Below, piece by piece: positions 10,186 to 20,176 of a DNA stretch of 64,000 bases. The stretch comes from an uncultured Acidobacteriota bacterium. Lineage in GTDB: Bacteria; Acidobacteriota; Vicinamibacteria; Vicinamibacterales; SCN-69-37. Location of the stretch: NCBI GenBank assembly GCA_963764505.1, contig CAVXSP010000001.1:1880608-1944607 (forward strand), given 5' to 3'. A program made the position numbers and the translations under genes. The notes under the pieces were generated by a model. It was not told the DNA's origin. It did no database searches and saw only the letters and a program-made list of their open reading frames with translations. The first letter of the stretch is position 1; each line of letters opens with the position of its first letter.

Positions 10186-11364
10186 ATGGGCAGGATGTCT
10201 CGGCGCGAGGTGGGAAGAGCGGTCGCGGGTCTGGCGGCCGCGCAGGCGTTCACGACCGGCACGGCCGCGCAGGGCGACGCCGCCGCAGCGACCTATGTGG
10301 GGCCGCTGACCGGCGTGTCGCCGGCCCAGCTCGACGGGCGGTCCCTCGACCCGGTCGCGTATACGCGTGAGCTGTACGCAGCGGCCCCGCGCCAGCTCCG
10401 ATTCCGTGCGACGACCCGCTCGGAAGCGGAGGCTTGGCAGAAGGCGCTGGGCGCGAAGCTCGCCGAGCTCCTCGGCGGATTCCCCGGCGATCGCGTTCCC
10501 CTCGACACCAGGACGCTCGACGTCCGGGAATTCCCGGCGTACACGCGCGAGAAGATCGTCTTCAACACGCGGCCCGGACTGAGCGCCCTCGCGTATGTGC
10601 TCGTGCCCCGCGGCGTCAGCGCCCCCATCGCCACCGTGATCTGCGTGCCGGGCCACGGCCGCGGTGTGGACGACATCGTCGGCATCGACGAGCGCGGGCG
10701 CGACCGCACCGACAAGTCCGGCTATCAGCACGATTTCGCCATCCAGGTGGTCGAGTCCGGGCTGGCGGCCGTCGCCATCGAGCCGCTGGCGTTCGGCGCC
10801 AGGCGCGACCCGATCACGATCCGCAAGGGCCTCGGCAGCTACGCCTGCCAGCCCGCTGCTGGCGGTGCGCTGCTCGTCGGCCAGACGATGATCGGCTGGC
10901 GCGTGTGGGACGTGATGCGGGCAGTCGACCTGATCGCCACGCGTCCGGCGCTCGACGCCAGCCGCGTCGGACTGATGGGAATCTCGGGAGGCGGCACCGT
11001 CACGCTGTTCGGCGCAGCGCTCGAGCCCCGGATCAGGGCCGCGTTCGTCAGCGGGTACTTGAACACATTCCGCGACAGCATCGGCAGCCTGTCGCATTGC
11101 ATCGACAACTACATCCCGGGCGTCCTGAACTGGGCGGAGATGCACGACGTCGCCGGACTCGTCGCGCCGCGGCCGCTCTTCGCCGAATCGGGCGAGCTGG
11201 ATGCCATCTTTCCGATCCGGGCCAGCCTGGAGAGCTTCGGTCACCTCCGCGACATCTATCGCGTCTTCGGCGCCGAGGATCGCGTGGAACAGGAAGTATT
11301 TCCGGCGGAGCACTCGTTCTGGGGCAAGCGAGGCCTTCCGTTCCTCGCCCGGCACCTGGCCTGA
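10186..11364 (+). CDS. Secreted alpha/beta hydrolase (acetyl-xylan-esterase / dienelactone-hydrolase-like).
   Basis: It has a Tat-like signal (SRREVGRAVAGLAAAQAF) and a nucleophile elbow, GISGGG. Confidence 0.65.
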   Translation: MGRMSRREVGRAVAGLAAAQAFTTGTAAQGDAAAATYVGPLTGVSPAQLDGRSLDPVAYTRELYAAAPRQLRFRATTRSEAEAWQKALGAKLAELLGGFPGDRVPLDTRTLDVREFPAYTREKIVFNTRPGLSALAYVLVPRGVSAPIATVICVPGHGRGVDDIVGIDERGRDRTDKSGYQHDFAIQVVESGLAAVAIEPLAFGARRDPITIRKGLGSYACQPAAGGALLVGQTMIGWRVWDVMRAVDLIATRPALDASRVGLMGISGGGTVTLFGAALEPRIRAAFVSGYLNTFRDSIGSLSHCIDNYIPGVLNWAEMHDVAGLVAPRPLFAESGELDAIFPIRASLESFGHLRDIYRVFGAEDRVEQEVFPAEHSFWGKRGLPFLARHLA

Positions 11365-11481
11365 GCGCCGGGGCGCCGCAGGCGCAGTCGGCGCAGGGGG
11401 GCCGGGCCCGATCCTGTCGAGGATACCAGGATTCGCCGTGCGGAGCGCGCACCGACACGTGCGCTATGATCGATCCAGCAC

Positions 11482-12637
11482 GTGGCCGAGCGTTCTTCGA
11501 CATCCGAACCACGCGGGTTCCGATTCGCCCAACGCGAGCTGTTGTTCGTCCTGCTCCTCTCGGCCGCCAACGTCGCGGCCTTTTTCGGCACTCGCGCGGT
11601 GGCGGCCTGGGACCGCAGGCTGAGCGAGGCCGCGGCCGAGGAGGCGTACCTCTCCGGCCAGCGCGCGCTTGCGGCCGGAAAGCCCGAGGCGGCGGCCGCG
11701 CTGTTCCGATCGGCCCTGGTCCGCGACCGGGATCGGCGGACCTACGCACTGGCGCTCGCTGACGCGCTCGTGAAGAGCGCGCATGCCGACCAGGCGCTGC
11801 AGGTGCTGACGGCCCAGCGCGAGCGGGCGCCGGAAGACGCAGAGGTGAACCTGCGCCTCGGCCGCCTCGCGGCCGCCAGCGGCGATCTCGAGCAGGCGGA
11901 ACGCTACTACCACAACGCGATCTACGGCCTGTGGTCGGAGGAGCAGCCCATCCGAGCTCAGGGCGCCCGCGTGGAGCTGGTCCGGTTGCTGCTCGCGCGC
12001 GACGATCGGAGCGCCGCCCAGGCCGAGCTGATGGCCGCCGGTACCGACCAGCCCCGGCGGCCCGTTCGACCCGCTCACGGCGGCTCAGCTTTTCGAGGCC
12101 GCCGGCGACGACGCTCGGGCGCGGACGGAATTTCTGCAGGCGCTCAAGGGGGCGCCGTCCGACCCGGTGGCGCTTGCCGGCGCCGGACGCACGTCGTTCG
12201 CCCAGCAGGACTACGGAGCCGCGCTCTCGTACTTCGCGGCGGCCCAGAATCACGGCGATCACTCCGAAGAGACGGCCAGTCTCGACGCGCTGGCGCGGAT
12301 GGTGCTCGAAGACGATCCGCTCGCGCCGGGGCTCTCGTCCCGCGAGCGCAATCGTCGCATCCAGGTCGGATTGCAGCAGGCCTCGAAGCGGATCCAGGAG
12401 TGCGCCGGCCAGTCGGCGGACGCGCAGGCGGCGCTCGAGCCGTTCGCCGCCGACCTCACGCGCCTGCTGCCGCTCTTCGAGGCCAACGCGCGCCGGCGGC
12501 CGGAGGGTAGCGTCGTCGAGGCCGTCGAGACCATCGTCCGGAGCGAGACCGCGGCGGTCGCCTCGTGCGGCGAGGCGCGTGGGCTGGACGAGGCGCTGAT
12601 GCTCATCGGCCGCAAACACGGAGTCGCATCGAAGTGA
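11482..12637 (+). CDS. TPR-repeat protein with an N-terminal TM anchor. One apparent frameshift lies in the C-run 12052-12055.
   Basis: TPR-like Ala/Leu repeats continue from ORF 11482..12510 into the frame of ORF 12167..12637 (...PGGPFDPLTAAQLFEAAGDDARARTEFLQAL...). Confidence 0.6.
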
Positions 12638-14364
12638 GCCTGAGCCAGGACGCGCCACCGCCACGGGCGTTCGCCGATCGCCTCACCCCGAGGGAACACC
12701 ATCTCTTCCTGGCGCTGACGGTCATCATCGGCGTGGCGGCCGGCCTGGCGGCCGTGTTGTTCTCCCTGGCGATCGATCTGACGCATCACTTCTTCTTCGG
12801 CAATCAGCCGACCGGTCTGCGGCTGGTGGCGGTGCCCGCCGGCGTGAGCGTGATCACCGGCATCCTCCTCGCGCGGTTCTTCCCTGGCGTGCGCGGGAGC
12901 GGCATCCCGCAGACGGAGGCGGCCTTTCACCTCAATCGCGGCGTGATACCCGGCCGGGTGCCCGTCGGCAAGTTCCTGACCGGCGTGCTGTGCGTCGGAT
13001 CGGGGCACTCGATGGGACGCGAGGGGCCGTCGGTGCAGATCGGTGCCGGGCTGGCCTCCTTCATCGGGCAGCGGCTGCATCTGTCGTCGGCCCGGCTGCA
13101 GAGCCTCATCCCGGTGGCGGCGGCGGCCGCGCTGTCGGCGGCCTTCAACACGCCCGTGGCGGCGGTGATCTTCTCGCTGGAGGAGATCATCGGCGACATG
13201 AACGCGTCGCTCATCGGGTCGACCGTCGTCGCGTCGGTGGCCGCGGTGATCGTGGAGCGATCGATTCTCGGCAACGAGCCGCTGTTCCGGGTCCCGCCCT
13301 ATCACCTGGTGCACCCGGCCGAGCTGCTGGCCTACGGGCTGCTCGGCATCGTGGGCGGCGGGATCTCGCTGCTCTTCTGCAAGGGGCTGCTGCGGGCGCG
13401 CCAGCAGTTCCTGAACATGCCCCCCTGGACCGATGCGCTGCGGCCGGCCATCGGCGGCCTGATGGTCGGGGCGCTGTTCCTCGTGACGCCCCAGGTGATG
13501 GGCGTCGGCTACGAATACGTGGACCAGGCGCTCAACGGCGGTATGGTCATGCGGACGATGGTGATCCTCGCGGCGGCCAAGCTCGTGGCGACGGTCGTCT
13601 CGTACGCGTCGGGCAATGCCGGCGGCATCTTCGCGCCCAGTCTGTATCTCGGCGCCATGGTCGGCGGAGCGACCGGGATGCTCGTCCAGCAGTTCGCGCC
13701 GTTTCCGACGGCGGGAGTCGGCGCCTATGCGCTCGTCGGCATGGGGACGCTGTTTGCCGGGATCATCCGCGCGCCCATGACGTCGGTGTTCATGATCTTC
13801 GAGATCACGCAGGACTATCAGATTCTCGTGCCGCTCATGGTCGCCAATCTGCTGAGCTTCATGATCTCGCGGCGCTTCCAGCCCACCCCGGTCTATCACG
13901 CCCTCCTCGAACAGGACGGCGTGCACCTGCCGAGCAGCACGACGCGCGCGCCCGTGGGCAAGTGGCGGGTCCGCGATCTCATGATCCGAGAGGTGTCGTT
14001 CCTGTCGCCGGGCGCGACCGTCGCCGAGACATGGGATCTCGCCAAGGGAATGGGCGGCAACTGCTATCTGGTGGGCAGCCCGGGCGCGCTGTCCGGCGTC
14101 GTGACGCGCGACGGTCTCGAAGACGCCGTTCGGACGGGCCGTGGCGGCGAGCCGATCGCCGCCTGCTTCGTCGAACACTGGCCGCACGTGCACCTCGACC
14201 AGTCGCTCGAAGTGGCGATGGAACGCTTCAGCCAGAGTCCGGGGCTGCTGCCGGTGGTGAACCGCCGGAACGTCGCCGCGGTCGAGGGTGTGGTGACGCT
14301 CGACTCGATCATGCGCTTCCTGACCGCCAACCCCGACGAACGCGAGCCGGCGCTCAAAACCTGA
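12634..14364 (+). CDS. ClC-family chloride channel / H+-Cl- antiporter with a C-terminal CBS pair.
   Basis: Motifs GSGIPQ, GREGPSVQIGA and GIFAPSL are present, and the C-terminal region is CBS-like. The GTG start at 12634 overlaps the upstream stop (GTGA). An alternative upstream start lies at 12565. Confidence 0.85.
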   Translation: MSLSQDAPPPRAFADRLTPREHHLFLALTVIIGVAAGLAAVLFSLAIDLTHHFFFGNQPTGLRLVAVPAGVSVITGILLARFFPGVRGSGIPQTEAAFHLNRGVIPGRVPVGKFLTGVLCVGSGHSMGREGPSVQIGAGLASFIGQRLHLSSARLQSLIPVAAAAALSAAFNTPVAAVIFSLEEIIGDMNASLIGSTVVASVAAVIVERSILGNEPLFRVPPYHLVHPAELLAYGLLGIVGGGISLLFCKGLLRARQQFLNMPPWTDALRPAIGGLMVGALFLVTPQVMGVGYEYVDQALNGGMVMRTMVILAAAKLVATVVSYASGNAGGIFAPSLYLGAMVGGATGMLVQQFAPFPTAGVGAYALVGMGTLFAGIIRAPMTSVFMIFEITQDYQILVPLMVANLLSFMISRRFQPTPVYHALLEQDGVHLPSSTTRAPVGKWRVRDLMIREVSFLSPGATVAETWDLAKGMGGNCYLVGSPGALSGVVTRDGLEDAVRTGRGGEPIAACFVEHWPHVHLDQSLEVAMERFSQSPGLLPVVNRRNVAAVEGVVTLDSIMRFLTANPDEREPALKT

Positions 14365-16369
14365 ACGGCCCCCAGGCCCGTCGGCCGTGCGCGGCGCAGG
14401 GCTCGCCGGGGGAGCGGGACGCCGGCACGAGCAGCTCGCGGCCCTCCGCCTGCGCCCTCGGGACGAGGTCCAGCGTCTCGATGGCGAAGCGCCGCAGCGC
14501 GGGCGATGCCCGGAACGTGTCGACGACCACGTAGCCCAGGCACGAGCGGCGCAGGAAGTGCCTGCGGTCCGCCTGCGCGCGCGCGGCGAGGTCGGCCGGC
14601 AACGGCTGGCCCTCGCTCAGCCGGTACAACGCGTCGAGCACCGGACTTTGGAGGGCCGCGCGCCGCTCGCGATCGGACACCCGCGATTGATACCCGCCGA
14701 TGAGCGGCTTCTCGTGGAACGTCTGGTAGTACTGGACCGCCGCGCTGAAGTCGCCGACCGACGACGTGCCGTCCCGCACACCGCCGGGCAGCTCGAGGAC
14801 GCGGACCCAGGGATCGGGGTCCTGCTTGATCACGCGATAGACCGCGGGCACGTCGGCGCCGTACAGAACCCGCGGAACGGGCATCAGTTCGATGGCGAGC
14901 AGGCAGCTCACCGCCGCCAGCAAGGCGCGCCGGCGGCGCGGCCACGCGGAGCGCAGCGACGCCAGCGCGAAGCCGAGCATGATGGACAGTCCGAGCGCCG
15001 CCACGACGGCGAGGCGCGCCGGTGCGCGCGCCAGCTCGACGACCGGCACGAATCGCAGGATCCACCAGGGCCCGGGGATGTCCGTGTTCACGCCGGCGAT
15101 CTGCACGAACGGTCCCAGCGCGAGCGCCGCGAAGATCGCGGTGAACGCGATCCATACGCGCGGCACGGCCGCCCGGTTCCGCCAGACCGCGATCAGCACG
15201 ACGCCAAGGGCGACGAGCGACAACGACCCGACGTACTCGGGATAGGCGAGCGGGCCGCGGCTCGTGATCCAGCGCATCGTCGGACCGCCGAACCAGGGCT
15301 GGCCGGGATTCGGCGCGAACAGATCGACCAGGTCGAGGCCCGCGGGACTGCTGCGCCAGTTGATGGCCGGCTCGGGAAAACTGCCGGTCAGCAGGCGGCC
15401 GAACAGCCCGGCGAGCACCGGCGCCAGGACGAGCGCCGCGGTCCCGGCGGCGGTCGCCGCGAGCCTCGCGATCCGCCACGGTGGGAGCGCCTCCGGCCGT
15501 CGATGCCCGCGGAAGCGCCAGACGAGCTGCTGCCTCGTGACGAGCAGGATCGCCATCAGCAGCATGGGCGTATAGAGCGTTCGAAAGCTGAGCGTGCGTC
15601 CGAGCACGACCACGGACATCTCGCCGTGCCAGAGGCGCCAGACGATGATCGCGGCGCCGGCGGCGAGCAGCGCGTTCACGACGCGGAGCACCCGCAGTGG
15701 AGCGGGCCCCGTTCGGTCGCGCTCCAGCCGCCAGACGTGATGGCCGAGGAGCAGGGCGCCCATGAGCGCGCAGTAGATCGTGTAGTACACGTCGCAATAG
15801 CCCGCCCAGCCCATCGTCGCCCCGGCCAGAAGCGCGTCCCGCGTCCGCCCGGAACGCAGGGCGTTGACGACGGCGAGCACGAACAGCGGCAGCGGCGCCG
15901 CCGCCACCAGGCTGAAGTGGGCCGACCCGCGGGCGATCAGGTACGGGGACGCGGCGAACGCGGCGCCCGCGATCCACGCCTCGACGTGGCGGCCGGTCAA
16001 CCGCCTGACCAGCAGGTAGGCGCCGTAGCCCGACGAGGCGATGAGCACCAGGTAGATGAGATTGAACGTCGTCACGACGCCGAGCCAGCCGACGAGCGGG
16101 GTGGCGAGCAGGTCCGCGAACACCGAGTAGTTGTGCGTGGTCAGATCGGCGCCTCCCGCGAAGGCGAAGATCTGTTCGGTGGCGAACGGCCAGTGGCCGT
16201 GATGGATCAGCTCGTAGTGGAAGACCCAGAGATTCCAGAGATAGACGCCCGTGTCCCCGCCGATCGATCCCGTCAGCCGGGTGGTCAGGTGCCGCGGCAG
16301 CGGCCAGGTGAGGATCAGCGCCAGGAAGATGAATCCCGCGACGGGCAGCAGGCGCTGCAGTCGAACCAT
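14354..16369 (-). CDS. Large polytopic membrane protein with a C-terminal extracytoplasmic domain (possibly a GT-C-like glycosyltransferase).
   Basis: More than 12 hydrophobic segments are followed by a soluble-looking ~230-aa tail. I chose the start at Met-28 of the track ORF (MVRLQRLLPVAGF). The functional call is weak. Confidence 0.45.
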   Translation of the reverse strand: MVRLQRLLPVAGFIFLALILTWPLPRHLTTRLTGSIGGDTGVYLWNLWVFHYELIHHGHWPFATEQIFAFAGGADLTTHNYSVFADLLATPLVGWLGVVTTFNLIYLVLIASSGYGAYLLVRRLTGRHVEAWIAGAAFAASPYLIARGSAHFSLVAAAPLPLFVLAVVNALRSGRTRDALLAGATMGWAGYCDVYYTIYCALMGALLLGHHVWRLERDRTGPAPLRVLRVVNALLAAGAAIIVWRLWHGEMSVVVLGRTLSFRTLYTPMLLMAILLVTRQQLVWRFRGHRRPEALPPWRIARLAATAAGTAALVLAPVLAGLFGRLLTGSFPEPAINWRSSPAGLDLVDLFAPNPGQPWFGGPTMRWITSRGPLAYPEYVGSLSLVALGVVLIAVWRNRAAVPRVWIAFTAIFAALALGPFVQIAGVNTDIPGPWWILRFVPVVELARAPARLAVVAALGLSIMLGFALASLRSAWPRRRRALLAAVSCLLAIELMPVPRVLYGADVPAVYRVIKQDPDPWVRVLELPGGVRDGTSSVGDFSAAVQYYQTFHEKPLIGGYQSRVSDRERRAALQSPVLDALYRLSEGQPLPADLAARAQADRRHFLRRSCLGYVVVDTFRASPALRRFAIETLDLVPRAQAEGRELLVPASRSPGEPCAAHGRRAWGPFRF

Positions 16370-16468
16370 CCGAGAGGGAGCATACCTTGGCCGGACAGGG
16401 CATGGAAGGCGGCGCCACGGGCCGGCACGTCCCCTCCGGGCCGGATACAATCACCCTGCGGCCTCGCC

Positions 16469-17812
16469 ATGGGAAGAGCAGCGATCCTCGGCGTGCTGAT
16501 CGCGGGACTGGCCCTGTCTCTTGCGGCAGCGCGCCTGCCCGCGGTTGGCGCGCCCACGGCGCCAGCGGCCGATCGCGTCGTCGAACTGCACGTCGACGGC
16601 GAGATCGAGCCGATCATGGCGGAGTATGTCGTCGGGGGCATCGGACAGGCGAACGCGGCGGGCGCGGCGCTCATCCTGATCACGATCGACACGCCTGGCG
16701 GGCTGGACACGTCCATGCGCGCGATCATCCAGGCGATCATCACGTCCCGGGTGCCGGTGGCGGTCTATGTGACGCCGTCCGGCGCGCGCGCGGCGTCCGC
16801 CGGCTTCTTCATCCTGCTCTCGGCCGACGTGGCCGCAATGGCGCCAGGGACCCACACGGGCGCGGCGTCGCCGATCGCGGCGATTGGCGGAATGCCCGTG
16901 CAGATCGACGACACGCTGCGCAAGAAGATCCTCAACGATGCGACGGCCTACCTGCGCAGCTATGCCGAGCGCCGCGGAAGGAACGTACAGCTGGCCGAGA
17001 CCGCCGTGGTGGATGGCAAGGCGTTCACGGAGAACGAGGCGTTGAAAGGCAAGCTCATCGATCTCGTCGCCGACTCGAGGGCCGCACTGCTGAAGCAGCT
17101 CGACGGCCGATCGGTCGGCCGCTTCGACGGCAGCACGACGACGCTGGCGCTCGGGCAGCCGGTCGTGACGCCGGTGGAGATGACGGGACGGCAGCGCTTC
17201 CTCGCGCGAATCGTGCAGCCCGACGTGTTCTTCGTGCTGCTGATCGTCGGGCTGCTCGGTCTGTACGCGGAGTTCACGCATCCGGGTCTGTTCGCGCCCG
17301 GCGTGCTGGGGGGGATCGCGCTCGTGCTGGCGCTGTTCGCCATGCATCTCCTGCCGGTGAACGTCGCCGGCCTGACGCTGATCGCGCTGGCCCTCGGCTT
17401 GTTCATTCTGGAGGCGAACTATCCCAGCCACGGGATCCTCGGCGCGGGCGGCACCGTGGCGATGCTGATCGGCGCGCTGATGCTGGTGCACTCGCCGCTC
17501 ACGGGGGCGGGCGTCAGCCTCGGCGTCGCGGTCGGCGCGACGCTGCCGTTCGCCGTCATCGTGGTCGCGCTGATGCGGCTGGTGCTCCGCTCGCGCGCCT
17601 GGCCCGTGCAGACAGGTTTGGAGGAGATGGTTCGGCAGATGGGCGAGGTCGTCGAGCCGATCACGGGCGCGGCCGCCGCGCCCCGGGCGGGGCTGGTGCG
17701 CGTGCGCGGCGAGCTCTGGCGCGCCGTGGCGCCGGCCCCGATTCCGGCGGGCGCGCGCGTCCGTGTGACTCGCGCGGACGGTTTGACGCTGCACGTCGAA
17801 CCCGTCGATTGA
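16469..17812 (+). CDS. NfeD-family membrane-bound ClpP-class serine protease.
   Basis: The sequence ILITIDTPGGLDTSMRAIIQAI...ARAASAGFFILLSAD is followed by a TM block and a C-terminal OB-like NfeD tail. The gene lies upstream of a stomatin gene. The ATG at 16469 lies within the long spurious ORF 14387..17812. Confidence 0.85.
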   Translation: MGRAAILGVLIAGLALSLAAARLPAVGAPTAPAADRVVELHVDGEIEPIMAEYVVGGIGQANAAGAALILITIDTPGGLDTSMRAIIQAIITSRVPVAVYVTPSGARAASAGFFILLSADVAAMAPGTHTGAASPIAAIGGMPVQIDDTLRKKILNDATAYLRSYAERRGRNVQLAETAVVDGKAFTENEALKGKLIDLVADSRAALLKQLDGRSVGRFDGSTTTLALGQPVVTPVEMTGRQRFLARIVQPDVFFVLLIVGLLGLYAEFTHPGLFAPGVLGGIALVLALFAMHLLPVNVAGLTLIALALGLFILEANYPSHGILGAGGTVAMLIGALMLVHSPLTGAGVSLGVAVGATLPFAVIVVALMRLVLRSRAWPVQTGLEEMVRQMGEVVEPITGAAAAPRAGLVRVRGELWRAVAPAPIPAGARVRVTRADGLTLHVEPVD

Positions 17813-17823
17813 GAGGAGACCCC

Positions 17824-18594
17824 ATGGATGCGTCAGGCTTCAGCTTGGGATGGATCATCGCGTTCGCCCTGTTCCTGATCTGGTTCTGGAACTCGCTCTA
17901 CATCATCAAGGAGTGGGAGCGCGGCGCGGTGCTGCGCCTCGGGCGCATGCAGCCGGTCGCCAAGGGCGCCGGGATGCGGCTCGTGTTCTGGCCCATCGAG
18001 ACGCTCTACCGGATTCCGCTCCGGGTCGTGACGCTCGACGTGCCTCCGCAGGACATCATCACGCGCGACAACGTGTCCGCAAAGGTCAACGCCGTCTGCT
18101 ACTTTCGCGTGGTCGACGTGAACCGGGCCCTGCGCGAGGTCGAGAACTATCTCTACGCGACCTCGCAGCTGGCCCAGACGACGCTGCGGAGCGTGGTCGG
18201 GCAGTTCGAGCTCGACGAAGTCCTCTCGGATCGGGAGCGGGTGAATGCAAAGCTGCAGCAGATTCTCGACCAGGACACCGACACGTGGGGGATCAAGGTG
18301 ACCAAGGTCGAAGTGAAGCAGGTCGACATCCCCGACACGATGCAGCGCGCGATCGCCCGGCAGGCGGAAGCCGAACGGGAGCGGCGCGCGAAGGTGATCC
18401 ACGCCGACGGCGAGTTCCAGGCGGCACAGAAGCTCGCCGACGCCGCGAAGGTCCTGCAGACGCAGCCGGCTGCGATCCAGCTCCGCTATCTGCAGACGTT
18501 GACCGAGATCGGCGTGGAGAAGAACACGACCGTCGTGTTCCCGCTGCCGATGGACATCATCAACCCCTGGCTGGCGACGCACAAGGGCGAGTAG
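17824..18594 (+). CDS. SPFH/band-7 stomatin-like protein.
   Basis: The sequence IIKEWERGAVLRLGR...ITRDNVSAKVNAVCYFRV...QRAIARQAEAERERRAKVI is typical of the family, and pairing with NfeD is classic. Confidence 0.9.
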   Translation: MDASGFSLGWIIAFALFLIWFWNSLYIIKEWERGAVLRLGRMQPVAKGAGMRLVFWPIETLYRIPLRVVTLDVPPQDIITRDNVSAKVNAVCYFRVVDVNRALREVENYLYATSQLAQTTLRSVVGQFELDEVLSDRERVNAKLQQILDQDTDTWGIKVTKVEVKQVDIPDTMQRAIARQAEAERERRAKVIHADGEFQAAQKLADAAKVLQTQPAAIQLRYLQTLTEIGVEKNTTVVFPLPMDIINPWLATHKGE

Positions 18595-18627
18595 CCACCG
18601 GCGGGGTCCCCTCCGGGCGCGCCGCGC

Positions 18628-19143
18628 CTACGGCTTGAGCTTCAGCGCCGCGCGGTCGAACGTCGTCACCTGCGCCTGCATCAGCCCGTCCTTCGTGATG
18701 TAGGCATCGGCTCCCCGGTACGGCTCGGCCAGGAAATCCGCGGTGCCCACCCAGGCGACGTTGATCGTGTCGCCCACGACGAGGACGTGCTCCGTGGTGA
18801 ACTTCAGGCCGCAGAGCCCGCCTTCCTGAACCGGCTTCACGAATCCGCGGAACAGCTCCGCGACGTCCTTCCGGCCCCTGATGACCTGGCCGCCCGGCAG
18901 GAAGAACTCGACATCCTCCGGATACTGCGCCATCAGGCGCATCCAGTCGCAATGGTTGATGGCGTCCAGATGCTCGTCGACGACCGCTTGGGGCGTCGGG
19001 AGGCGTTTGATCGGCGGTAGCTGGGTCATGCGGGCCTCGGCTGCGGGTGCGGACGACGTCGTGGGCCGCGCGCCGCTCGACGCCTGCCCCGGATGGGGTG
19101 CGAACAGCAGGGCGAACGCGAGGGCGAAGAGGCGGCGACTCAT
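18628..19143 (-). CDS. Secreted SnoaL/NTF2-like fold protein.
   Basis: A signal peptide (MSRRLFALAFALLFAP) is followed by about 130 aa of NTF2-like size and pattern. The start is at the internal ATG of the track ORF. Confidence 0.5.
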   Translation of the reverse strand: MSRRLFALAFALLFAPHPGQASSGARPTTSSAPAAEARMTQLPPIKRLPTPQAVVDEHLDAINHCDWMRLMAQYPEDVEFFLPGGQVIRGRKDVAELFRGFVKPVQEGGLCGLKFTTEHVLVVGDTINVAWVGTADFLAEPYRGADAYITKDGLMQAQVTTFDRAALKLKP

Positions 19144-19396
19144 CGATGTCCTCCGTCTGAGTGACGGCCCAGCATAGCGAAAAACCGGGCCTGAGGGATT
19201 TCGGCTCGCCATTTCCAGCGTGAACCCCAGAGAAATCCCGACTCCTCCGGATGGTCGCTCGCGCCGGAACCGCCTATGGTAGACGGTATTCGGCAGGCCC
19301 ACGACACGTTCCTTCTTCTCCTTCTCCGACGTGTTGTGTCCCAATCCCGCCGAGGAGAGCGGGTGGTCGATGGATCATCCGCTCTCGATTCTCGAA

Positions 19397-19419
19397 TCCG
19401 GGGGGCTTCGCCCCCGCGG
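19397..19419. repeat. GC-rich hairpin element TCCGGGGGGCTTCGCCCCCGCGG.
   Basis: It is near-identical to 62761-62782 (TCCGGGGCGCTTCGCCCCGCGG). Both copies are followed by CTCGCTC...GCGGG and CCGGCGCCCCG strings. Confidence 0.7.
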
Positions 19420-19525
19420 ACCCCCCGACACGCTCGCTCGCGGGAGATCCGGCGCCCCGCTCCGCTCGCGTGGGCTCGCGGACGCGCATCTCGCCCGATG
19501 CGACGCGTCACGTCGCTGATTGCAG

Positions 19526-20176
19526 CTAGGAGATGACGCCGCGCCGCACGGCGTAGAGGACGAGCTCCGCGGTGTTGTGGACGTCGAGCTTCTGCAGGAT
19601 GTGGGCGCGATGCGTTTCCACCGTCGTCGGGCTGAGCGAGAGGAGCTCGGCGATCTCCTTGTTGCTGTGGCCCTCGGCGATGAGCTGGAAGATCTCGCGC
19701 TCCCGCTCGGACAGCGAATCGTACCGGTCCTCGACGCCCCTGGCCGCCAGGTGGCGGACGTAGTCGTCGAGCATCACCTTGGCGACCGCCGGGCTGAAGA
19801 AGGACTTGCCGACCGCGATGGCCGAGACGCCGAGGATGAGATCCGCGTCGGCCGAGTCCTTCAGGAGATAGCCTGTCGCGCCGGCCTGCAGGGCGCGCGT
19901 GACGTAGGCCTCGTTCAGATGCATGCTGAGAATCAGCACCCGCGTCTTTTCGCTCTGCCGCACGATCTGACGCGTGGCCTCGATGCCATTCAGGAGCGGC
20001 ATGCCGATATCGAGGATCGCGACGTCGGGCTGGAGCGCGAGCACCTGCTTCACGGTGTCTCGTCCTTCACTCGCCTCGCCGACGATTTCCCAGTCGGCCC
20101 GCTCCTCCAGGATCTTGCGCAGGCCCTGACGGACCAGGCGGTGATCGTCACCCAGAAAGATTCGCAGGTTCGCCAT
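19526..20176 (-). CDS. NarL/FixJ-family response regulator (REC + LuxR HTH).
   Basis: The REC region reads IFLGDDHRLVRQGL...DVAILDIGMP, and the HTH region reads LSEREREIFQLIAEGHSNKEIAELLSLSPTTVETHRAHILQKL. Confidence 0.9.
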   Translation of the reverse strand: MANLRIFLGDDHRLVRQGLRKILEERADWEIVGEASEGRDTVKQVLALQPDVAILDIGMPLLNGIEATRQIVRQSEKTRVLILSMHLNEAYVTRALQAGATGYLLKDSADADLILGVSAIAVGKSFFSPAVAKVMLDDYVRHLAARGVEDRYDSLSEREREIFQLIAEGHSNKEIAELLSLSPTTVETHRAHILQKLDVHNTAELVLYAVRRGVIS

